In this document: positions 11,444 through 23,863 of the stretch, in pieces | Numbering within the stretch: the stretch's first letter is position 1 | Layout: each line of letters begins with the position of its first letter | Source of the DNA: Chiloscyllium plagiosum | Lineage: Eukaryota | Direction of reading: 5' to 3' | NCBI RefSeq assembly: GCF_004010195.1 | Contig: NC_057724.1 | Location: 3,445,087 to 3,502,322 of the forward strand | Length of the DNA stretch: 57,236 nt | The notes under the pieces: model-generated | Database searches by the model: none | What the model saw: the letters and a program-made list of their open reading frames with translations, nothing else | Told to the model about the DNA's origin: nothing | Translations under genes and position numbers: made by a program

Positions 11444-12827
11444 AAAGGAAATTTTGAGTTTTATATCCTTGACTGGGTTTTTAATATGCTCTCTTCTCAA
11501 GATTTGTATAGTGGCTCGGTGTCAATGTTTGTTCATACACCTTAGACATTGAGCTGTGGTTGACACCAATCATGTTGCCATTAATAATGCCTATAAAACC
11601 ACTGGATTGTCCTAAAACCTCATCTGACTCATCAAGGTGCTTTGGGGAAGAAAACCTTCTGTCCTCACTTGTCTGACCTGCATATGGCCTTAACGCACAG
11701 TCAGGGGTCTGACTCTTACCTATCCTCTGAAATGACCTAGCAAACATTCAGTTGTATTAAGCTACTCTGAAAATGAATTGTTATACAGCCTGCAGTTGTT
11801 CAAGAGGGTGGTTCCTCAGGGTAATTAGGGATGGGCAAGGAATGCCATTCTTGCTGGCAGCACCCATATCCCATACATAAAAATACAGTGTGCAAGAAAG
11901 AGGAGTGTCGACACTTCCTTCCTGTTGAAAATGGGAGAGGCATGATTTTTGTAGGAATTTAAAAAACTGGGCAGTCAAATGTGGGTGGTGGGTAAATCTT
12001 TAAAGTCAATAATTGGAGACAAATTAAACTGTTACCTGGAAAAATACAGATTTATAAATGATGTGAGAAGGGATTAGTTATGGGCAAATGGCATTTGACG
12101 ACCATGATTGAGTCCTTTAATAAAGTCACCACAGATTGATGAATGCATTGTCACTCATGTTATTCTTGTGAATTTTCAATAAATGTTTGAGAAAGTGTCA
12201 AATAAACCTGTTATAAAAATTGAAGCACAGGGTTTCAAGGGCATAGTGGCTGCATGAATATTAATTTGTCTACAATTCTGCATTCACAGCCTTTTGCTAG
12301 AGAGAAAGCCAAGGAGAAAAACTCTTCACCCTCGGAGAAAAAAATACTTCATCATCTGTTTCAAATGGGAGCCTCCTTATTTTTAAACTATGAATCCTAG
12401 TCCTAAACTCTTCAACAAGAAAACCACCTTTTTAACATCTACATTCAAGTTCTCTCAGGATCTTGTACGTTTCAATTAAGTCATCTCTGATTCTTCTCAA
12501 TTCCAGAGGATACAGGACAAGCCTTTCCTGATAAGGGAATCAGATATTAGTCAAGTAAACCTCTAAAGTATCTCTAACGTATTAATATCTTCTATAAGTA
12601 TGGTGACTAGAACTGTACACAGTACCCCAGACGTCGGCTCACCAATGCCTGATATAACTGAAGCATAACCTCCCTACTCTTGCATTTAATTTCCCTCACA
12701 ATAAACCATAACATTTCATGAGATTTTGTGATTACTTGTTGTACCTGCACACGAGTCTTCTATAGTTCATGCATCAGAACACCCACATTTCTCTGAATCC
12801 CAGAGCTCTGCAACTTCTCACTTTTTT

Positions 12828-13175
12828 TTTAGATTAGATTACTTACAGTGTGGAAACAGGCCCTTCGGGCCACACTTGGATGAAGGGATGAAAGGTGCAA
12901 TGGCTAAATTTGTCCACGCTGCCCTGCCGAAGCGCAATCCACCCATACCCCTACATTTACCCCTTACCTAACACTACGGGCAATTTAGCATGGCCAATTC
13001 ACCTGACCTGCTCATCTTTGGACTGTGGGAGGAAACCGGAGCACCCGGAGGAAACCCACGCAGACACGGGGAGAACGTGCAAACTCCACACAGTCAGCCG
13101 TCTGAGGCGGGAATTGAACCCGGGTCTCTGGCGCTGTGAGGCAGCAGTGCTAACCACTGTGCTACCGTGCCGCCC
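12828..13175 (-). mobile_element. HE1-type tRNA-derived SINE, full length
   Basis: 5' gggcggcacggtagcacagtggttagcactgctgcctcacagcgccagagacccgggttcaattcc (A/B boxes), with a (TCTAA)n tail. Confidence 0.85.
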
Positions 13176-14684
13176 ACAATTATTGGAATTCTCTGATGAA
13201 ATAATTTGTGCTGTAGACAAAGGGGAATGAGTGGATATCCTCACTATGAGGATAGTACGCTTCATTTTCATCCTTTCTGCCAAAATGGACAGCTTCACAT
13301 TTTCCCACATTGTACTCCATTTGCCAAAGCTTTGCCGATGCACTTCGCCTATTTATATCCCTTTGTAAGCTCATTATTGAAATAACTCCACAGAGACGAG
13401 TGTGTCCTCACCAAGTCATCGTTTACCTACAATTGCATAGCACTTGACACAGCGAACTGAGTGAACAGAATCTCTGATACTCCTGTCTATATTTGTCAGC
13501 CAGGGCTCCCTGAATTGGACCAGACTTACAGCCCGAATCAGGGAGCCCATATTTGATAAGATCCATCTAGCCGACCTCTTCAAAATCAGTATACTTGTCC
13601 TCTTCACATCTCACTTGCCCACCAATATTTGTGTCATCAATAAATTTCGCCATTGCACCTTTCATCCCTTCATCCAAATCATTTATATAAATTGTAAGTA
13701 GTTGAGGTTTCAACACTGACCCCTGTGGCACACCACTCATGACATCCTGCCAGCCTGAAAAAGAACCACTTACCCTATTCTCTGAAACTTGTCAACTAGT
13801 CAACCTTTCGTGCATGTCAATGTGTTATCCTCGATATCATGAGCTTTTATTTTCCATAATAATCTTTGATGTAGTCCTTTATCCAAATACCTTCTGAAAA
13901 TCTAAATACAATAAATCCACTCATTCCCCTTTGTCTACAGCACAAATTATTTCATCAGAGAATTCCAATAATTTAGTTACACATGATTTCCCTTTGACAA
14001 AAACACGTTGGCTTTCGCTGATTATCCTGAATTTATCCAAATGCCCTGTTTTAATGCCTTTAATACCTTCTAACATTTTCCCTTCGACAGATGTCAAGCT
14101 AATTCCAATTTGAATGAAGCACTGATGACACAGGAACAGGAGAAGGCTTCTCGAGCCTGTTCCGCCATTCAGTGAGATCATGGACCAACCTGTGGCTTAA
14201 CTTCATAAAACTGCCTTTGGCCCATGTCCCTTAACAAAAAAAACTATCCATTTCACACTTAAAGTTAATAACTGATGCAGCGTCAATTCCCATTTGACAA
14301 AGAGGGTTCCAAACATCCATTACTTTCTGTGTTTTGAAGTGCTTTCTAACATCTTTCCTGAATGGTCTGGCCCTAATTCTTTGACTGTGCTCCCCTAATT
14401 TTGGAAATGCTTGAATATCCAATCAAGATTGGCTGTGCAACTCTTTTTGGTTGAACAGCTCATTGACAATCGTTGCCCAGGATTCCCTTAAGGTGGAAGG
14501 GAAGTACCAGGAAATACACAGTAGGGACTGGAACCAGGGCGGAGAACTAGTAACACTAGAAGGTTCTAAGTTGGAAGAAAAACCCTTTGTCAGAATTGAC
14601 CGAACCAGCCTGAAATAGAGCGCAGCCTGAAGGAAGGAGATTAATAGTGACCAATTGTGAACGCATTCAGCCAAAAACACTTAC

Positions 14685-14763
14685 GATGTAACTCGATGGT
14701 CAGTCTGTCCCGAAGATTAACATTTCCAGATTGTACAGCTCTCCGCACAGTGGCTGCATGTTC
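14685..14763 (-). CDS. TAF7: TAF7/TAF7L coding exon 3
   Basis: EHAATVRRAVQSGNVNLRDRLTIELH; 79 nt, CAG/GTAAG. Confidence 0.94.
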
Positions 14764-16322
14764 CTGCAGAGAAAAAGCACAGACTGAAAACTCTGCAGTC
14801 TGCATGATTCACAATCTCATTCACACAGGCACATGGAACAACTAGAGAGACATGGCTAGGGGTGAGACATGACAAGGGATGATTCCCAGGGATGTGTACT
14901 GGGGCCTCAAATGTTTATAAATGACTTGAATTATTAAAGAAAGAGATCCACCTACCTAAGTGTACTACGTTGGTAGGAACAGCAAATTATGACAAGTTAC
15001 AAAGATGGGTTGAGTGACTTGTCATAATTGTGAAGTTTATTAAGATGGAGTTTATTGTGGGAAAGTTTGAGTTTATCCACGTTAATGCAGAAAATATAGA
15101 TAATATTTTCTATAGAATGGGACGCACAGAACTATGGAGGAGCAAAGATTTAGGGGTCTGATAATAGATATCATCAAGAGTTGATAAATAGAGACAAAAA
15201 CTAATTGAAAAGCCTAATGAAATATTGGCCTGTATCTCAAAAGGCTGGAAGCCAAAGGGCACAATGTGACGGTTCCCTTTAATGGAGCTTTGACTAGAAT
15301 CCCATTTAGAGTAGTACATGAACAGTTCTGGATACTTCGTAGCAGAGTGATGTAACAGAGATCACTTTTTTGGACACACTGCATAGACTAGACTTGTACT
15401 CGTTTGAATATAAAAAATTAAGCAATGATCTAATTAAGATGATGAAAGGAGTTGACAGGGTACAGAGAGGTAAATATCTTATCTTGAGCAAGTATCTAGA
15501 ACAAGAGACTGATCAATATTACAGCTAGGCTATTCATGTGTAATGTCAAAGTGCATTTTGTCACAGGGAGTGTGTTGGAAATGATCGACTATTAGTCAGC
15601 GTTCTTATTTCCATAGGTGCAGGTGATGTTTGTAATCTTCCTTGTGAAATGTATAACCTGCCACTTATCGACGTTCAAGTTAATTTGCTATTTAAATACC
15701 GAGACTGCAAGCTTCTAGTGTTTCTGTGTTCTCCTGTGTTCTTCCTCATTCACAAAATCCAAACTGAATTACTACAATCAGTGATGAACTACCAGAATTG
15801 ATCTTTGCAAAACATGACATCTGCCTTCTTCCGTTCTGAAAAACTTCTCTTGAATTGGCTTCCTACTTTAGTCAGTTTATTATCCATTTAGCTATTTATC
15901 CGCTAACTTTCCACACATTAACCTTTGTCATGGGCCTACCATGTGGTACCTTATTGAAATCTGTTGAAAAACGTCTCATTTTCTTTACACAATGGGATAA
16001 AATTTGGTCCATATTGTTTGAAAGAATGGTGGAAATTCACTCACAAGTAATTGAAACAGTGTATGAGATAAATAGTTCAAAAGGTAAAATTTGCAGCACT
16101 GTGGGAAAAGAACAAGAGAGTGTACTTAATTGGATAGTTCTTTCAAAGAGACAACACAGGAACAATAAGCCAAATGGACTCATTATTGTGGTCAAATTCT
16201 ACTGTTATAGTGCATTCATTTTCACTTCTTGTTCAAGCCATTAGAAAAATCTAAATTGTCACTCTACGTCTTGGCACATGAACTCATACCTCACTTTATT
16301 GAAGAGAATGTGTAACACTTAC

Positions 16323-16405
16323 TGATGGCAGCCTCAAAATGTACTGACTCTCTAATTCATGAGGTGCATCCTCTTTGCTCTTCGATCCTTGCTTCTGTCC
16401 TTTGG
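16323..16405 (-). CDS. TAF7: TAF7/TAF7L coding exon 2
   Basis: KGQKQGSKSKEDAPHELESQYILRLPS; 83 nt, TACAG/GTAAGT. Confidence 0.93.
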
Positions 16406-16457
16406 CTGTAAGAAAGAATATCAGTGCAGCTAGATTAGTCGAAAACTCACTGTCTTA

Positions 16458-16512
16458 CAGAGAGAGAGCGCGAGCGCGAGCTAAAGCGAGAGAGTGATTG
16501 TGTGTGTGTGCA
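16458..16512. repeat. Compound (AG)n/(GC)/(TG)n microsatellite
   Basis: agagagagagagcgcgagcgcgag...gtgtgtgtgtgtg. Confidence 0.7.
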
Positions 16513-16878
16513 CCAGCTATCTCTTAGACTGCCCTCCACTTAGTTGCTGGATAAAGTATACCTGCTTGGTCAATTGCCCTAGATCAAAAATGATTAACCA
16601 CTCATCCTCTAACCCCCCACAACCAGCTTGCAATCCTGCCATGATACCCTAAAGTCCAACCTATCATGAGGCTTTGAATCTCTTGCAATCTCCAGACACT
16701 GATCTTGGCCAAGACACTCAATACACCACCAGCCTTTTTTGACCCCTCTGTCTCCTTTCCACCCCTCAGCTGCAGCAAAGTGTCAAAGACCTATCGGACT
16801 GACTGCTAGCCTGCCTCCCAATCTGGCTGGCTGGAGACTGGGAAAGGAGGCAGAAAGAAATGTCAGCCAGATATTGTT

Positions 16879-17156
16879 GTAGTTCTGTTCGCCGAGCTGG
16901 GAATTTGCGTTGCAGACATTTCGTCCCTGTCTAGGTGACATCCTCAGTGTTTGGGAGCCTCCTGTGGTGTTTCCTCCGGCATTTATACCACTATAAATGC
17001 CGGAGGAAACATCACAGAAGCGCTTCACAGGAGGCTCCCAAGCACTGAGGATGTCACCTAGACAGGGGACGAAACGTCTGCAACACAAATTCCCAGCTCG
17101 GCGAACAGAACCACAACAACGAGCACCCGAGCTACAAATCTTCTCACAAACTTTAA
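16879..17156. mobile_element. Two inverted Penelope terminal repeats with 16-bp TSD
   Basis: TSD tcagccagatattgtt at 16863-16878 and 17157-17172; the arms are reverse complements. Confidence 0.8.
17042..17081 (+). ncRNA. Minimal type-I hammerhead ribozyme motif (intact core)
   Basis: GCA-CUGAGGA-U-GUCACCU-AGAC-AGGGGAC-GAAA-CGUC-UGC. Confidence 0.72.
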
Positions 17157-17774
17157 TCAGCCAGATATTGTTATTAATTTCGGTAGAACCCATGGGAAGC
17201 CTGTCATTCTGAGTTTCCTAATTTCAGAGCAATACCCTCTCCAACCGTCCCTGCACGCTGTGTTTGAGTTCACATTGAGTAGCACCCAAAGGCAGTGTGA
17301 GGACAGTGAACAAGAATAGGACAAACAATAATCCACAATCACTGTCAGCCTGTGGGATTGAGGCCAATTGCTAATCCAGGACACAGGATGTTTGGTCCCA
17401 GGCAGAAATTTTCTGAAAGTCCATAGATCCATATTGAAAAGTTATAGCACAGAATGAGGCCATTCAGGTTTTGTTCTGGCAAGGGGTAACATCTAACATT
17501 AACTCATTTTCACTTTATAAAATACGGAGCAAGTTTGTAAGACATGGTCTTTCTTGTAAACCATGCTGAGAATATCAGATGGATCCTTCCTTTTCTAATG
17601 ATCACACAGAGCATCTTTCTTAAGATCATTAGTACTGTCTTCACAATAGGTAGGGTAGGCTGATGGCTGAGTATTTCCTTGATAAAAATTAACCCGTCTT
17701 CATAAAATCAGGACAGCACAAGTTCAGTTGCAGCCGAAGAGAAAGGTCTCCAACTCTATTGAGCTAATAATAAT

Positions 17775-18270
17775 CATACAATCCCTACAGGGTGGAAGTA
17801 GGCCATTTGGCCCACTGAGTCCACTCCGAAGAGCAACCCACCCAGACTCATCCCCTACCTTATCCCTGTAACCTTTATTTAGATTTAGATTACATTACAG
17901 TGTGGAAACAGGCCCTTCGGCCCAACAAGTCCAGACCGACCCGCCGAAGCGCAACCCACCCATACCCCTACATTTACCCCTTACCTAACACTACGGGCAA
18001 TTTAGCATGGCCAATTTACTTGACCTGCACATCTTTGGACTGTGGGAGGAAACCCACGCAGACACGGGGAGAACGTGCAAACTCCACACAGTCAGTCGCC
18101 TTAGGCGGGAATTGAACCCGGGTCTCTGGAGCTGTGAGGCAGCAGTGCCACAATTTCCCATGGCTAATCCACTTGGAGAATGTGCGAAATCCACACAAGC
18201 AGGTGCCTGAGCCTGGAATTGAACTTGAGTCTCAGATGCTGTCAGGCAGCGGTGAGCCACCATACCGCCC
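17775..18270 (-). mobile_element. Young HE1 SINE (about 17880-18148) nested in an older HE1 SINE
   Basis: Two SINE tails (17775-17875 and 17880 onward) and two 5' regions. Confidence 0.75.
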
Positions 18271-18469
18271 CATATCAGAGTTTGTAATTATGCAGCATCT
18301 ATTATAATCTCAGGATGTCTTAATGCAGCTAACGAGTAACTTGACAAATGTTATGTTTGCAAGAACAGTTCTAGGGATGTTGGATTTTAGTTCAAAGGAT
18401 AGATTGGTGAAGCTGCAGATGTCCTCCTTGGAGGAGAGAAGGATATGGAAGACAGAGAATATGTAGAAA

Positions 18470-20045
18470 TAAACAGCAACATCTTGAAAAATGTCCATAT
18501 TACAGTGGAGGTGGTGCTGGATGTCTTAAAATGCATAAGGGTGGATAAAACCCCAGGACTTGATCAGGTGTACTCTAGAACTCTGTGGGAAGGGAGGAGG
18601 TGATTGCTGGGCCCCTTGCCGAGACATTTGTATCATGGGTAGCTACATGAAGTGCCGGAAGACTGAAGGTTGACTAACATAGTGCCACAATTTAAGAAAG
18701 GCAGTAAGGAAAAGCCAGGGAACAATAGACTAGTGAGCCTGACAACAGTGGAGGGCAAGCCTGAGGAACAAGAAATTCATGTATTTGGAAAGGTAAGGAC
18801 TGATTAGGGATAGTCAACATGGCTTTGTGCATGGGAAATCATGTCTCACAAACTTGATTGGTGTTTTTTTTTGAAGTAGTAACGAAGAGGATTGATGAGG
18901 GCAGAACAGTGGACGTGATCTATGTGGACTTCAGTAAGGCGTGCAACAAAGTTCCTCATGGTAGACTGGTTAGCAAGATTAGATCACATGGAATACAGGG
19001 AGAACTAGCAATTTGGATACAGAATTGGCTTGAAGGTAGTGGTGGAGGGTTACTTTTCAGACTGGAGGCCTGTGACCAGCGATGTGCCACAAGGATCGCT
19101 GCTGGGTCCATGGCTTTTTGTCCACTGCATAAATGATTTGGATGTGAACATAGGAGATATGGTTAGTAAATTTGCAAATGACACTAAAATTGAAGGTGTA
19201 ATGGACAACGATGCAAGTTACCTCACAGTACAACTGACCTTGATCAGATGAGCCAATGGGCACAGGGGTGGCAGATGGAGATTACTTTAGATAATTGTGA
19301 TGTACTGCATTTTGGAAAGGCAAATCAGGACAGGACTTTTACACTTAATGGGGAGTGCCACAATTTAAGAAGTGTTGCTGAACAAAGAGACCTTGCATTG
19401 CACGTTCACAGTTCCTTGAAAGTGGAATCGCAGGTCAACAGGATAGTGAAGAAAACTTTTGGTATGCTTGCCTTCATTGGTCAATGCATTGAGTATAGGA
19501 GTTGGGAGGTCATGTTGTAGCTGTATCAGACTCTAGTTAGGCCATTTTTGGAATACTGTATGCAATTCTGGTCTCCTTGCTAGAGCACGTATATTGTGAA
19601 ACTTTAAAAGGATTTGGAAACGATTTACAAGGATGGAGGGTTTGAGCTAATAGGGAGAGGCTGAAAAGGCTGGAGCTGTTTTCCCTGGCGCATCTGAGAC
19701 TGAGCGATGACCTTATAGAGGTTCATAAAATCATGAGGGGCATGAATAGGGTGAATCCCGGGGGGGCGGGGGGACACAGGTTTAGGCTGAGAGGGGAAAG
19801 ATTTAAAAGGGACCTCGGGGCAACGTTTTCACGCAGAGGGTGGTGCTTCTCTGGAATGAACTGCCAGAGGATGTCTTGGAGGCTGATGCAATTACAACAT
19901 TTAAAAGGCATCTCGATGAGTCTATGGATAGGAGTTTGGATGGGCATGTGCCAAATGCTGGCAAATAGGACTAGATTACTTTAAGATATCCGGTCAGCAT
20001 GAATGAATTGGATTGAAAGGTCTGTTTCCATGTTACACAGCTCTA
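18470..20045 (+). mobile_element. CR1-type LINE, RT region to 3' end
   Basis: VDVIYVDFSKACNKVPHGRL, VPQGSLLGP, SKFANDTKI; 3' tail ggtctgtttccatgttacac. Confidence 0.85.
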
Positions 20046-20839
20046 AGAGAGGGTTGATTTGAGAGAAGTTCAAACTATGAAGGATCTGGACAGAACAGAG
20101 TCACAGAAACACTCCCCATTAGTGGACTATTCAAGGACCAGAGACAATCATTAATCAAGGTGAGTGTTGGAAACAGCAATGGCGATACAGGGAATTTATT
20201 ATGCAGCAAGTGGTTAGGATCAGGAATGTCCAAGTGTAGAGGAGGCAGTTTCAATTACATTGTCGAAAGGGAACTGGATACTTGTCTGAAATTTGCATAG
20301 CTACAGAGAAAAGGCAGGTTACTGGGGGCTCCTGGAGCGAGCCTTCACAGAAACAACAAGCTGAATGACCATTCTTCAATTCTTTTCTCTAATTTTTTTT
20401 CTGAATCTCTGAAATGCGTTCTCATCCTTCCTGGATTTTGGTACTCAGACTGGACATTGCCTTCCAAATGGGGGCAGACAAAAGGTTTTTTTAAAAAAGG
20501 TGACATAATATCCCTGCTTTTGCACTCTACGCCTCAACTTATAAAGTCAGTCTTTTCAGCCAGTGTTTTAATGTGTTCTGCCACATTCAATGATCTGTAT
20601 GCATATGCTTCCTCAGGTCTCTCTGCCACCGTAATCTCTTTGAATTGTATGCTTTATTTAGCATTACATTTTCACCAAATTGTTCCAATTTGCATTTCTC
20701 CGAATTACTTTCTTTTTCCAATTCCACCGGCCTGCTATTTTTCTCACTGTTCAAAAGACTTCCATCTAGTGAAGCCCACGTCATGAATAAATATATTAAA
20801 AAGATCTCATGAAATTGTATCTTGGATGTCTAGGTCATT

Positions 20840-21752
20840 AATACAGATTATAAATGACTTGGATGAGGAGGTTAAGGGGTGAGTTAGTAAATTTGCAGAG
20901 ACACAAAGGTTGGAGGTGTCGTTGATAGTATCGAGGGCTACTGCAGGGTAAGCCGGACTGAGAAATAGCAGACGGAGTTCAACCTGGAAAAATGTGAAGT
21001 GATGCATTTTGGAAGATCAAATTCGAATGCTGAATGTAGGATTAAGGACAGGGTTCTTGGCAGTGTGGAGGAACAGAGGGATCTGGGTGTGCAAGTACAT
21101 AGGTCCCTCAAAGTTGCCACCCAAGTGGAGGTAGGGTTGTTAAGAAAGCATATGGCGTTTTGGCTTTCATTAACAGGGGGATCGAGTTTAAGAGCCACGG
21201 GATTTTGCTGCAGCTCTACAAGTGAGACCACACTTGGAATATTGTGTCCAGTTCTGGTCGTCCTACTATAGGAAAGATACAGAGGCTTTGGAGAGGGTGC
21301 AAAGAAGGTTTACCAGGATGCTGCCTGGACTGGAGGGCTTGCCTTATGAAGAAAGGTTGAATAAGCTTGGACTTTTCTCTCTGGAGAGAAGGAGGAAGAG
21401 AGGAGACCTGATCGAGGTGTACAAAATAATGAGGGGAATAGATAGACTTTTCCCCAGGGGCAGGATTGACTGGTATGAGAAGTCATAGTTTGAAGGTATT
21501 AGGAGGAAGGTATAAAGGAGATATCAGAGGTAGATTCTTTACACAGAGAGTTGTGAATGTATGGAATGCATTGCCAGCTGTGCTGGTGGAAGCAGAGTCA
21601 TTGGGGACATTTAAGCGAATGCGAGACATGCACATGGATAGCAGTGAGTTGAGGGGTGCGTGGGTTAAGTTACTATATTTTACATTAGGATTAAATCTCG
21701 GCACAACATCGTGAGCCAAAGGGCCTGTTCTGTGCTGTACTTTTCTATGTCC
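20840..21752 (+). mobile_element. CR1-type LINE 3' part
   Basis: [47 protein letters not shown]. Confidence 0.85.
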
Positions 21753-21999
21753 TATGAAGAGTGACAGTCCTAATTCCAGCTCCGGGGAAGTACAACTTTG
21801 ATCTTCAGACTGACCAAGGTTCACCTCTGCACTGGGTGACTCTGTCTCTTTGATGCCAAGGGCCCACAACCTTGTGGGCCAGCTGGTGATGTGGCCCGTC
21901 ACCACAGCACGGTGTGGCTTCAACACGTCCCTGACATACCCGCGCTGTGCCAGGTGTTGCTGGGGGGGGCGGCCAGGGCCACAGGCTGATCTTCCTCAC

Positions 22000-22006
22000 C
22001 TGCCAT
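22000..22006 (-). CDS. TAF7: TAF7/TAF7L coding exon 1 (ATG GCA G)
   Basis: gaagATGGCAG|gtgagg in the CpG-rich region. Phase 1 fits exon 2 and gives MAAKGQKQGSKSKEDAPHELESQ. Confidence 0.75.
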
Positions 22007-22199
22007 CTTCTTCCAGGACACGGATCCTTTCTTGTCCATCAGGCCCCGGTCAATCCATCGGTCCCAGTCCCCCGGGGGGCGGGGGGGTCAGAGACTGGGA
22101 CAGGGAGGGCCCAAAGGCCGGAGCCCGCTGCAGGAGGAGGAGGAGGAGGAGGCACAGGGGAGGCCCGGCCCAGCTCTCTCCTGTCCCACGGACGGGCCC

Positions 22200-22285
22200 T
22201 GCTCCGCGCGCGAGGATGGCAGCGCGCGGGGAGAGAGGGGGAAGACTCTTGCTGCTGCACGGGGCGGACCGGATGGTTCCGGCTG
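22200..22285 (+). other. Putative first (5' leader) exon of the NIPA-like gene; start approximate
   Basis: Consensus donor CTG|gtgagt at 22285/22286 in the CpG island; ATG at 22216. Confidence 0.55.
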
Positions 22286-22783
22286 GTGAGTGTGTTGGGG
22301 GGGGAAGGGGGAACGGGTNNNNNNNNNNNNNNNNNNNNNNNNNNNNNNNNNNNNNNNNNNNNNNNNNNNNNNNNNNNNNNNNNNNNNNNNNNNNNNNNNN
22401 NNNNNNNNNNNNNNNNNNNNNNNNNNNNNNNNNNNNNNNNNNNNNNNNNNNNNNNNNCGAGGGACGGACCAGAAGCGGAAGGTCAGGCGGCGCGGGGTGG
22501 GAGAGGCAGAGAGAGGGAGAACGGGGAATGGTGAGAGGCTGGGAGAGGGAGGAGTTAATGAGGAAGGAGGAGAGAGCAGGGAAGGGCCTATTGAAGGGAG
22601 AGGGGGATTTGTGAGGTGAGGGGTATTTGAGGAAGGGGTTGACAATGAGCCTGCAGGCGTCATGTCAGCAGAGGAACAGCGGCAGCACAGTTTCTTTCGA
22701 GCCTGTGAAGGCTTAGAGGGTGCTGCCTGTCACTTTTCCTTCAAGCCCTCAGCTGGTCAGGCGCTGACCCTTCCTCCCAACAG

Positions 22784-22867
22784 ATGCTAGTCGTTGGACA
22801 GAATCCCCAAGTTACTGCTTGTGTAATTTATCCACGGCCGGGACGAATGGCTTCCTATGCACCACTG
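22784..22867 (+). other. Putative second 5' exon of the NIPA-like gene
   Basis: Acceptor cccttcctcccaacag and donor CTG|gtatgt; 84 nt, open in two frames. Confidence 0.45.
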
Positions 22868-23863
22868 GTATGTGATGTGAGAAAACATTGCACACATTCA
22901 ACTTATGGATGTTTTCTAATCAACCTGTTCAGAGATATTATCTCTCAGTTTTCAGCAAGTGGAACTTGAAGTCAGGCCTCCTGGCTCAGATTAGGAACAC
23001 AACCACTGTACTGCAAGAACCCCCTATTCTTGGGTATCGTGCAGAGCCTGGCAAATTGACCATCAACAATTCTGGTGAGGTTTACTGTTTACTTTGTAAT
23101 TCCTCCTTTAGGGGTTCTGTTTCATTTGATTTATTTTTGCATGTTAACATTTTTTTTTTCAGTTTCATCTAAAGAATGTTGTTATAGAGTTGAAAACTGG
23201 TTTATTTCAGATTTTTAATATCCATAGTATTTTGTTTTTATGCTTAGAAATATTTAATCAGCTATAAAGACATCCTATGGTTGTTATTCATGCCACAGAT
23301 TTCCTTCTCTCTCCTTCCTACTATTTTGTGTAAAGCAGTTCCTCTTTTGCTTTTCATTTTAATCATGCATAGTTTTTATCTGAACCTTCAACTATGAGGT
23401 CCATCTCCAGTACTATCATAGTTTCTAATGATTAGTACTGCCGTTCACTCTTTTTTCTTTCGGCAGCTTTATGATTTCATAGTAACAAGGAAAATTAAAT
23501 TCCTAATCCGCCGTTTCTTTGAGCCAGTTTCCAGCATTGCCACCAGTGGTGACTTGTGCCTGCAACTCACCCACATCACCTATCACTGAACATGGATACA
23601 CATGGCTGTATTAAGCCATCTTACTATGAATTTTCCATATCCAATCCTTCCTATTTCTGAACTACTCGTTATGCTGCTTGTCTTCGGGTCCCCAGTGCAC
23701 CTTAGTTTCCCAGCCCCACAGCATCTGATAAACCCCTTGTGAAAACATCCATTGGTTCCTTGTTGTGGAATTGCCTCCTTAATCAGAATTGCTCACTTCC
23801 CCACACACATTCATGCCACTCCTCTGAGCAAGTAATAACTTTATAGACAATAAGCTTGAGTTT

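Larger units (their letters stand above)
11885..15580. mobile_element. Cluster of old CR1-type LINE fragments (about 11885-12260 +, 12310-12820 -, 13260-14100 -, 14850-15580 +) around TAF7 exon 3
   Basis: RT motifs such as ESQRVFVKGKSCVTKLLEF and WQMEYNVGKCEAVHFG. Confidence 0.65.
21920..22320. promoter_or_regulatory. CpG-rich putative bidirectional promoter (TAF7 - / NIPA-like +)
   Basis: Abrupt GC/CpG enrichment and GC boxes. Divergent splice donors lie at 21999 (-) and 22286 (+). Confidence 0.7.

Noticed and set aside
13100-13175. tRNA-like sequence with A/B boxes (also 24374, 42930, 55810)
   Set aside because: These are SINE heads continuous with SINE body and tail, not tRNA genes.
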